This document shows positions 25,805-35,989 of a stretch of 64,000 nucleotides of DNA, piece after piece; position 1 is the first letter of the stretch; the number at the start of each line of letters is the position of its first letter. This DNA is from Eledone cirrhosa (taxonomy: Eukaryota). The notes under the pieces were generated by a model. It was not told the origin of the DNA, did not search any database, and worked only from the letters and a program-made list of their open reading frames with translations. The stretch is taken from the NCBI GenBank assembly GCA_964016885.1, contig OZ024745.1:63488001-63552000 (forward strand), read 5' to 3'. The position numbers were made by a program, and so were the translations under genes.

Positions 25805-27360
25805 TTATGTAATGTTCGGCTTGTAGTGGGAAAAAAGGGTTTTAGTTCTGTGACGGCAGAATAATGTTCGTTCAATTCTGTTATTCAGCAGTTTCTTCTT
25901 GTGTGTGATTATGTAATAAATCTCAAGATTACACAATTTGCAGAAATTTTGGCTCCTGGAAAAGCTTTGGGTTTTAGCTAATTTTTCCCATTTTAGGGTA
26001 AACTTTTGATCGCTATCCCTGAGCGTCCAAGCTTTTTCTGCTAAAGTTGTTACATTTCTTTGGCTCTGGTGTTTTATTGAGTAAGAATGCCTATACAATC
26101 GAGATTTAAACGATGTTGCCGTTGATCCCACGTAATACCACTCGTTGCCTCCGGATTTAATGGTACACTTATAAATAATATTTTTTTCCAGGCAGTTATT
26201 GCCGAGGGGGCAGTTGTCAGGATAGGTGTAGTTACAGTTGTGTACGTTGGGTTTTCTCTGGAGTAGTATTGCGGACGAACTTAGGTGTGGTTTATTTATG
26301 TTCTGTAGTGTATTGTTTACTGTTTTTTTTGTGTTCTTTGTACTTAAGTTCTCAGTGTTTTCGTTTAACCTTCTAGTATTGATCTTTTGTATGTGTTGTT
26401 CAAGGTTTAACGCTGTAGAGTATGACAGTCTTATAGTGGTAGGGTTTAGGATTTTGTGGTATTTGTGTGATGTGGGAAAATGTCTTTTAATTATTTTAAA
26501 GAAGAGTACTGGTAAATTTGTACTAATGGAACTATTGTATTCGGGGTTATACCATAAGTACTCTTTGCATCGCTTTCTATTAGTTTTGTTTGTTGGTTTA
26601 CTGGTGTGCATACTATGGTAGTAAGTGTGGTTTGGTGTTGTGTTATTATATCTACCTATGTGGGATTTATTTTGGGTGTTTTGATTGTTCCCATCTATGT
26701 ACTCTATTTTGTTGAGGTAGCCTGCTTTACTAAGGGCGTTATCGTAGTACTCGGCGTGTTCCTTAAATACTTGTATGTTAGAAGATAGACCCGAGATTCT
26801 AAGGGAAATATTTTTAGGGATAGATTTAATTATAGAGATGGGGTGGTTAGACCCAACATTTACGTATTTGAGATTTTCATTCAATTTATGAAACGGTTTA
26901 ATCAAACCAGAGTTTAAATTGAGTGTGACATCCAGGAAGTTAACTACTGTAAGGTTGTATTCATATGTTATAGTTAGTCCTATTTCGAGTAGTAGTTTTC
27001 TTATATCTTTGCGTAGTTTTTCTAGTTTTTGGTTATTAAGGTTTTTAGCTAGGAGGAGAACATCGTCGCGGTATATTCCGCCGTGGAGATTGCTGAATTT
27101 TTCCTGGAGTCTAAAGGCGATAAATAACCCCACAATATCAGTTATTTCCGCCGAATCGTTAGAGCCCATTGTTATGTCAAAGTTAGAGGGTCTATCTTTA
27201 CGTACCCAATAACTGTTCTCAAATTTGACTATAGTTTTCCTAGCTTCTAATATAATCTTAATTTCATCGTTTGTAAGGTCAGAGTTATCCTTAGCAAACT
27301 TAATGGCTCTATTCAAAGTTTCAGGTGATATCGATGAGTAATATTCATCGATATCAAAAT
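25805..27360 (-). CDS. PLE reverse transcriptase + GIY-YIG endonuclease (N-terminally truncated at RT motif A)
   Basis: FDIDEYYSSI, ITMGSNDSAEITDIVG, GIYRDD, VNFLDVTLNL, YVNVGSNHP, CPLGNNCL, NIIYKC...YYVGST...FKSRLYRH, CKLCNLE, LLNNRIE..CRH. The ORF-track start codon comes from the inverted pLTR. Confidence 0.95.
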
Positions 27361-27808
27361 GAAAATGTATACACATGAGCGCGTATGTATGTACATGAAT
27401 ACATGTGTGTATATATATGTGTATGCATGTGTATATATATGTAAGTATGAATATGTGAATTGTGAGTATATGTATTTTGTAGAGGTGTGCAAATATATTT
27501 GTTTGTGAATGCGTGGGTGAAAGGATACGTACACTTGAAAGAAAAATTTAAGTCTGAATGTTAATTAAGTGCAAACACAAAACCAACCACGCATATCTTT
27601 ACTATCTCTAATCCTTCTATAGATTTAGAAAAAATAACCAATAATATATTCTATAAAAAATGTCAAAACAACAGATGGGAATCTAATTACTCACTGCCAC
27701 CAAGAATTCTCACTGCTATCGAAAAACCACTCCTTCAACTATTCTTCTAACAACTTCACCCCTCCCTCCTAATATTCTCTATAAAAACTAAATAGGTCCT
27801 CAGTAATA

Positions 27809-27928
27809 TTATTCTGATGAAATGACAGTAAATAATAACATTGAAATATTGAATGTCTGCATAACTAAAAGTTTGTAGATAGCAGCTGTTTTAGGTTATG
27901 TAACTGTTATAGAAACACGTGTCAATAA
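27809..27928 (+). ncRNA. Inverted-pLTR copy of the same hammerhead
   Basis: CTGATGA 27814-27820, GAAA 27912-27915, GTC 27921-27923. Confidence 0.85.
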
Positions 27929-27960
27929 ATTCCTTTCAACTAAACTGTATCCATTCAAAT

Positions 27961-28017
<57 letters not shown>

Positions 28018-28311
28018 ACTCAGAATTAGCCGTCGAAACAGCTTGAGCTCTGCAGTCGGCTTAATACGGGATGTTTGTTTAGAAACACTCCGAGCATTAT
28101 AATAAATGTTCGGTGAATCCATACGTACATATATATATGTGTGCATGTATGTATATATATATACATACTACTGTATGTCTGTATACATATATGTATGTAC
28201 GTGTACACACTTATATTTAAGTAACAGCCGTACTAAGAGTGGGAAATGAAATTTCGTTTCATTTTTCCTGTTTATCGTATTCGGTGCACCCGGCCGATTA
28301 ACCCACTCGAT

Positions 28312-28319
28312 ATGCAAAT
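28312..28319 (+). promoter_or_regulatory. Octamer motif ATGCAAAT in the retrozyme unit (also 28732, 29156, 29998; mutated at 29576)
   Basis: Exact octamer about 73 nt upstream of each hammerhead core; also present in the diverged copy near 20327-20334 (minus strand). Confidence 0.45.
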
Positions 28320-28385
28320 TGGGCTACTCAGCTGTTAATATGCATAAGGTAAGTATATACGTTCAACAATCTGGCAGGAAGGTAT

Positions 28386-28428
28386 ACGTTGCTGATGATA
28401 GCTAATAAGCTTGAAACTAGTACAGCGT
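28386..28428 (+). ncRNA. Minimal type I hammerhead ribozyme, array unit 1
   Basis: acgttg CUGAUGA u agcu-aaua-agcu u GAAA cua GUA cagcgu; palindromic stem III ACUAGU; predicted cleavage after 28422. Confidence 0.92.
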
Positions 28429-28805
28429 TCCTTTGTCAGTGTTGAACAAACGAGCAACGATGGTTGCTGGACACTACGGCTTAATACGGGATGTTTGTTT
28501 ACAAACACTCCGAGCATTATAATAAATGTTCGGTGAATCCATACGTACATATATATATGTGTGCATGTATGTATATATATATACATACTACTGTATGTCT
28601 GTATACATATATGTATGTACGTGTACATACTTATATTTAAGTAACAGCCGTACTAAGAGTGGGAAATGAAATTTCGTTTCATTATTCCTGTTTATCGTAT
28701 TCGGTGCACCCGGCCGATTAACGCACTCGATATGCAAATTGGGCTACTCAGCCGTTAATATGCATAAGGTAAGTATATACGTTCAACAATCTGGCAGGAA
28801 GGTAT

Positions 28806-28848
28806 ACGTTGCTGATGATAGCTAATAAGCTTGAAACTAGTGCAGCGT
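28806..28848 (+). ncRNA. Hammerhead, array unit 2 (GUG triplet, predicted non-cleaving)
   Basis: Same motif, but ctagtgcagc instead of ctagtacagc. Confidence 0.85.
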
Positions 28849-29229
28849 TCCTTTGTCAGTGTTGAACAAACGAGCAACGATGTTTGCTGGACACTACGGC
28901 TTAATACGGGATGTTTGTTTACAAACACTCCGAGCATTATAATAAATGTTCGGTGAATCCATACGTACATATATATATATATGTGTGCATGTATGTATAT
29001 ATATATACATACTACTGTATGTCTGTATACATATATGTATGTACGTGTACATACTTATATTTAAGTAACAGCCGTACTAAGAGTGGGAAATGAAATTTCG
29101 TTTCATTTTTCCTGTTTATCGTATTCGGTGCACCCGGCCGATTAACCCACTCGATATGCAAATTGGGCTACTCAGCCGTTAATATGCATAAGGTAAGTAT
29201 ATACGTTCAACAATCTGGCAGGAAGGTAT

Positions 29230-29272
29230 ACGTTGCTGATGATAGCTAATAAGCTTGAAACTAGTACAGCGT
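29230..29272 (+). ncRNA. Hammerhead, array unit 3
   Basis: Intact motif, cleavage after 29266. Confidence 0.92.
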
Positions 29273-29649
29273 TCCTTTGTCAGTGTTGAACAAACGAGCA
29301 ACGATTGTTGCTGGACACTACGGCTTAATACGGGATGTTTGTTTACAAACACTCCGAGCATTATAATAAATGTTCCGTGAATCCATACGTACATATATAT
29401 ATGTGTGCATGTATGTATATATATATACATACTACTGTATGTCTGTATACATATATGTATGTACGTGTACATACTTATATTTAAGTAACAGCCGTACTAA
29501 GAGTGGGAAATGAAATTTCGTTTCATTATTCCTGTTTATCGTATTCGGTGCACCCGGCCGATTAACGCACTCGATATGCTAATTGGGCTACTCAGCCGTT
29601 AATATGCATAAGGTAAGTATATACGTTCAACAATCTGGCAGGAAGGTAT

Positions 29650-29692
29650 ACGTTGCTGATGATAGCTAATAAGCTTGAAACTAGTACAGCGT
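29650..29692 (+). ncRNA. Hammerhead, array unit 4
   Basis: Intact motif, cleavage after 29686. Confidence 0.92.
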
Positions 29693-30071
29693 TCCTTTGT
29701 CAGTGTTGAACAAACGAGTAACGATGGTTGCTGGACACTACGGCTTAATACGGGATGTTTGTTTACAAACACTCCGAGCATTATAATAAATGTTCGGTGA
29801 ATCCATACGTACATATATATATGTGTGCATGTATGTATATATATATATACATACTACTGTATGTCTGTATACATATATGTATGTACGTGTACATACTTAT
29901 ATTTAAGTAACAGCCGTACTAAGAGTGGGAAATGAAATTTCGTTTCATTTTTCCTGTTTATCGTATTCGGTGCACCCGGTCGATCAACCCACTCGATATG
30001 CAAATTGGGCTACTCAGCCGTTAATATGCATAAGGTAAGTATATACGTTCAACAATCTGGCAGGAAGGTAT

Positions 30072-30114
30072 ACGTTGCTGATGATAGCTAATAAGCTTGA
30101 AACTAGTACAGCGT
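30072..30114 (+). ncRNA. Hammerhead, array unit 5
   Basis: Intact motif, cleavage after 30108. Confidence 0.92.
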
Positions 30115-30377
30115 TCCTTTGTCAGTGTTGAACAAACGAGCAACGATGGTTGCTGGACACTACGGCTGAATACGGGATGTTTGTTTACAAACACTCCGAG
30201 CATTATAATAAATGTTCGGTGAATCCATACGTACATATATATATGTGTGCATGTATGTATATCTATATATACATACTACTGTATGTCTGTATACATATAT
30301 GTATGTACGTGTACATACTTATATTTAAGTAACAGCCGTACTAAGACTGGGAAATGAAATTTCGTTTCATTTTTCCT

Positions 30378-30433
<56 letters not shown>

Positions 30434-30452
30434 GTATATACTTATATATATG

Positions 30453-30492
<40 letters not shown>

Positions 30493-31749
30493 CATATATA
30501 TATTTATATATATATATATATTCATGTATGCATATGCATACATTCTAGATTTTGTAGTTGTTGTCATTATGTGCTGTTCAATTTCATGTTAGATAAACAA
30601 AAGGAAAATAAAAGGAAGTAGAATGTTAGTCCTGCCAGCCTCCTCACGCAGCTCATCTGCTGTATTGGCGCAATTTTCTTGTTGTAGAAGCGTTAGTTTA
30701 CTGCATGAAAGCTAAAAATATGGTATTGTCGCGTAATCGTATGAAGTGACTGCCTCACTTCACTAGGATAACTATTTGTAAAATAGGCAGTTTAAAAGAT
30801 GGAGGAATAGATTAAGACCAGCAAGAAGAGGAGGCTCAAAGGAGAAGAGATAGTCATTGAGGAGGTCAAACAGTGTGAGAATAAAATATCTTTTTCAAAC
30901 TAACGAATAACTAGTAATAAAGATAAAGTGAAAGAGTGAAAAGTATGTGGTGCGTTTGTTTCTTTTTATTGGCAATACTGGCAACATGATTATCCCAAAA
31001 TAAGACACACACTCACACACACACACTAAAGAATCTATAAGAACGCAGGAAATGGCTAGCGTGGCTCCTCCCTAGCTTTTCCCATTTATAAGGGTATTTT
31101 ACCCGATTTTCTATACTGTGTTTGCAGCTAAGAATAGAGTATATGTCAACAATTCCAGGATCATTACTTAGGAAAACATCTGTGAAGACATCAGAGACAT
31201 CACTAGGTCTGTTTATAAAGACGATATTCGAACCGTCAACATGTGCCTAAAACTTCAAGGATTCAAATGGGAATCATTTGGAACGTGTGCAGTAACCCTG
31301 GAAAGAAACATTATAACATACCATACTCTATATTGTTTTTCAGCGGATTAAATAAATATACTCAGATTTTCATGAATGTTTGTCTAAAACTGAATAATGT
31401 AGACAAAGATGAAAACGGAACCGCACTGTTACATATATCATATGTATATAAAAGTATTAATCTATGTGATGTACATTTATATGTATGAGGACGTATTGTG
31501 TGCGATTATTGGAATTGCACATATGTTTGTGTGTGTATGTGTAAGCGCATGTGTTTCTATTTTACTCCTACCTCCGTTCTTACTATGACCAAGTGCTGAA
31601 GCTGGCGCATTTGTGATACAGCTTCACCCATTCTAACATTCAATTCAGCCTCTTGCATCCAATCAATCATTCGTGAAAACGGCCTTGAGATACTTCAGTG
31701 TAACTAACATCACATGCATCACATGGAAAGTGCACGGCGCAGGCTTTCT

Positions 31750-32190
31750 TTACCATCGAATGCTTTTGCGTGGTTCACAAAAAAAGCATACGCTTTCTGG
31801 CAATGCTCCCAAGATTTCGTAAGCACTATTTCTAAAATGAATATTTGGTCGGTGGTGATACGACAGAGGCAAAAGCTAGCAGGGATTCGTCTATAACCTT
31901 ACATTTCCTTCCCTGACACTTAGCATAGACATTACTCGGGAGATTTAACATGGAGATCCCTCTCTAATTAGAGCAATCTCTCTTATCTCTTTTTTTGAAA
32001 ATCGTCATTATCACTCCCGATTGCCATTGCTCTATGTCGCCTTTCCAGAGATCCAACCCTCACAGGACACACGAGTCCACCTTCTCTATTTAAGGCTTTT
32101 ATCATCTCGGGCCGAGTTCCATCTTCCACAGAAGTCTTGCCACATTTGAGTGCTTTAATTGCTCTAGTGACATCTCCGCGAGCTTAGCTT
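31750..32190 (-). mobile_element. Old RTE-clade LINE RT fragment (different family)
   Basis: AIKALKCGKTSVEDGTRPEMIKAL, WQSGVIMTIFKKRDK.DCSN*RGISMLNLPSNVYAKC, TTDQIFIL...KSWEH....AFFVNHAKAFD. Confidence 0.75.
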
Positions 32191-33589
32191 TCACCCTAGA
32201 TGGAGTTCATATCCCACCAAGGTTTCCATCGTGTTTTATCTTTTTTGGTAAATATATAACGTTCCAGTTCAGTAGCGGGGTCTATTTCCTTTCTTTCTCA
32301 TTTCTACTCTCCCTACATCCTCCTCCATTTCTCTCGTTTATGTTCTCTCTACATCTCTCTCCCCTCTCTTCCACCATGAATCTCTTCATCTCTCCTCTCA
32401 CTTTTCCTCTTCATTTCACTCTTTATCTTTCTTTCTTAATTCTTCATGTAACTGATACATTGTGTCACAATCATTCAGACTGAGAATTGCGCTGACAGTA
32501 TACGTGACACTGAAACAGTCACCCGCACGTTTCTTCATCTGGACTTTTACAGGCCAATGTTTCGTTGAACATTTCGACAGAGAGAATACTTCAGACGATA
32601 AGAGTTCTGGGAGATTGTAAAGTATTTTTAATATAGAGTTGAGGGATAAGAATAAATAGGAATAAAGTACGTAGAAAAGGTGGTTTCATTGTTTATGTTT
32701 GGATGGTAGTGGTCACGAACAACAAATTCAGCATTTTGTTTTTATAGCTTAGTCATAGTACCTTCTGGACTAGTGTTTTCTGGTGGAAAGGAAGAGACCA
32801 TGATTCAGGATGTATGTATTTAGTCATCCCTAGATAGGAGATCTAATTCGAATGTTTTAAAGAGAATGGATTGGTTACAAAGGTCAGCAAGTAGTATTAT
32901 ACATGAAAACGAGTTGCTTATATCTAAGAACCAGTACTGTGAAACCGTCGGAACAAAGGTCTAGTAGATTTAAGATCAAAATCGTTCGAGCCATGACCAT
33001 CCTGCACTTTTAGGTATATCTAGAAATCTATTGTCTAATATATATTTACTTTTAAAGAAAGTTTTGTAGGAAATGCGTGTTGCATAGCTGCGAGTCAGGT
33101 CGACAGAATAAACTTACAATCAAAAGTGTTCCGTCAGTGTCTATATTGTGTTTTCCTCCAGGGACTACACGACTCACCGTGCTATTTATTTTTGCCCCAT
33201 AAGATAGAGTAGCGGAGGATTTCGGAAAATTTGGCTGAGATTTCTAGAAGAGTGAGAAACCGCTTTGAGGCTCCATTATTAGTTTATCTAAGACAGTACA
33301 GTCTAGAATCTGTAGTGAGTTGTATCTGTTTGATAAGTTTCTTAAAATTCGTGAAACTGTACGCTAATGTTGTTGAATAAATCTAGGTTGCCATGTCCCT
33401 GTAGCTGAATATTTTACAAGCTTTCTTATCCTGTTACGAATGTCATGTGATATGTTTTGATTTAAGACACTTAACTCTGCCCCGAAGAGCTACTCGTAAA
33501 TATCCTTAGGAACGGTGCGATAGAAGTATAACAATTATCCATCATGAATTTTAGAACTTAAGTCCACTTTTTCTCTCCATCTTTCTGCC

Positions 33590-33706
<117 letters not shown>

Positions 33707-34130
33707 TCGCTTTCTCCTTCTCAGCATCGGCTACTTTGCGCTTTGGAAACCATTAAGAGCATCAATTTCTTTATAAATGGGGAAATACTAGGCGAGAACT
33801 AGCCAATTATTTTATAGAAATACTGATATACTGCTGGAACTGTCCAAGGAAGGACGGGTGTTTAGTATGGAACTGGATAAAAGTAAAGAAGATGCTGTCT
33901 AGCGACCATTTTATAGACCTTGATATTCAGACATCGATAAGTAAAAAGTTGTGTACTGAAGTTGTCCGAAAGAGAATGGAAAATCAATAATCTCAACTGC
34001 AAAACCACTATCTGTGTTCTCAGAAACATATATGGTGCCGTTTATAACAGACATAGAGTTCTGTGGTATTGAACTAGAGGGTGGCAGATCTGAATTCCTT
34101 AGACTGTAATTCGAGGAATCTATTTAAAAT

Positions 34131-34315
34131 AATTGTTTCTACTTTTGGCACAAGGCCAGCAATTACCCAGTACATTACTGGTACTTTATTTTATCGACCC
34201 CGTAGGAATGAAAGGCAAAGTTAACCTTGGAGGGATTTGAACTCAGTCCGTAAAGGGACGTAACTCTATGCTAGAAAGCATGGCGTCCGACCCTCCACTG
34301 ATACTGCCAATCCAC
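34131..34315 (-). mobile_element. tRNA-derived SINE (family A); further partial copies at 17816-17945 and 36309-36400
   Basis: Same head, body and tail sequence. Confidence 0.85.
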
Positions 34316-35327
34316 TAATGGCATGTACTACACAAAACCGACACCCAACGAAATGCGGAGTACTGAATTTCAGGAAACAATATATGAAGGCAGGCGTTAA
34401 TATTATCCATTAATTTTTCAACTAAAAGCATTCGTTCTTCATGCCCTACACGGCAGTAATCGAAGATAGCTAGCAATTCGGTTACATTAGGGGCAAAATA
34501 ATTATCTCAAGAAATTCGAACGGCTAAATTTAAACATAATCCAGCATCAAAAATAAACAGAATGATAACACAGGTTAAGCGCAGTGAACAATCATAAAAA
34601 CCTCCCCTTTACGGGGCCAATAATTTCGTACACCTGATGTGCCTTATGTTTATTAATATATTTTAAAATATCCCGAGTCTGGATGCAAAAATCATGTTTG
34701 AAACGGTAGCAGAAGTCAACGAATCTCAATTGCTTTAATAAAACACTATTGTATAGCCCCATCTAATTTAGGACATGTCGATGTGAGCAATTATGAAACT
34801 TTAGCATACAAGCAAATCGCATTCAGACATGGTTCTCTGTGGTGAAAGTTGAAACTAGCTTATTGTTTCTCACCAAAACAATAAAAAAATTGTGTATGAT
34901 GTCCAGAGGATAGCTAAAAAGGTTAGGGTAAACAATAAGGCTTTTAAGAAGTATGTCTATGATCCCGTTTGTAATTGGTATAATTGAAGTCACACTTCAT
35001 CACTACTATATGATCATTGACAAATTATATATAAAGATAGTCATAAATCCGTTTCATTGTTAGGTTATTCTCATACATTTGTTAAATTTGAATACTGCTA
35101 TGCATCTTTCCTGGCATGTAAATCATTCTTGCCTCCAGTGGCGACATTTTGATGTATTTCTCAAGAGGAAGAATTTAAATCAGACCGCAACATTACTTAT
35201 ATTACACAAAACGACATTTCGAGAAACAACAAATATCTTGCGAAAAAAACGGTCTATCTGAGGTTACATAACTTGATAGAGAGTCAATTAAATGATCCAG
35301 TGTTAATAATATCACCACTGTGCAAAG

Positions 35328-35328
<1 letters not shown>

Positions 35329-35398
<70 letters not shown>
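35329..35398. repeat. (AAT)n microsatellite
   Basis: Direct reading. Confidence 0.95.
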
Positions 35399-35399
<1 letters not shown>

Positions 35400-35956
35400 A
35401 ATGAAGAGAAAGAAGCAAATTGACTAAAACATGGAAATTTAAATCTGACACAGTCAGAGAAATCAGAGAATTAGCACAGACCACCCATGCAAATAACTAG
35501 GAGTAAATTAAATTAATAAAAATGCAGCACACAGAAATGAAAAACAAAAATTAGAAAAGAGTACTACATAAGTGTAAGACTAAATTTAAAACTGAAATTT
35601 ATGCTAGAAATAAGACAGTAAGTATAAACGCACAATCCATCTAAGTGATAAATTAGTTTTAACATAATATATTGAAAGTTACGTGAATTAAATAACTTTG
35701 ACAGAACAGACAAGAAACTCCCCAAACTGAAATTTATATAGAAAAGAAATAACTGTCTCATAAACGGAGAGGACTGAGTCTAATGCAAATAGAAAACAAC
35801 TACAAAGCGATTAGAATGGGACTAGAAAACATATTTAGAAAAAAGTAAAGGAAGCTTATTAGTGCATAGGATACATCCACCGTAACTTTGGACACACTAA
35901 GGAAGTAGATTTTTCCTTGTCCATTTAACACTTTGTGAATAGTTACCCCCCCCCCC

Positions 35957-35989
<33 letters not shown>

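Larger units (their letters stand above)
24630..27963 (-). mobile_element. Penelope-like retroelement (GIY-YIG type, Naiad-like), 5'-truncated, with inverted pLTR copy at the 5' end
   Basis: RT+EN ORF; 27361-27963 is the reverse complement of ~24746-25347; hammerhead in the pLTR; flanked by (TA)n. Confidence 0.93.
28057..30381 (+). mobile_element. Tandem array of ~5.5 x 420-424 bp hammerhead-containing units (non-LTR retrozyme-like)
   Basis: Near-identical head-to-tail units, no credible ORF, one hammerhead per unit, (TA)n at the right end. Confidence 0.9.

Noticed and set aside
21194-27360. Selenocysteine-encoding PLE (in-frame UGA at zinc-finger Cys)
   Set aside because: No in-frame UGA at those positions; the missing Cys are ordinary substitutions (Ser, Tyr)
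28335-30236. Repeated 71-97 aa minus-strand ORFs in the array
   Set aside because: Start codons lie in TA-rich repeats, there is no recognisable domain, and the conserved signal is the plus-strand ribozyme
28057-30381. CRISPR-like or snRNA/5S gene array
   Set aside because: No unique spacers, eukaryotic context, and no recognisable snRNA or 5S sequence
35700-35840. Weak resemblance to R4/Dong-type LINE ORF (GLSLMQIENNYKAIRMGL) near (AAT)n
   Set aside because: Too short and degenerate to support without a search
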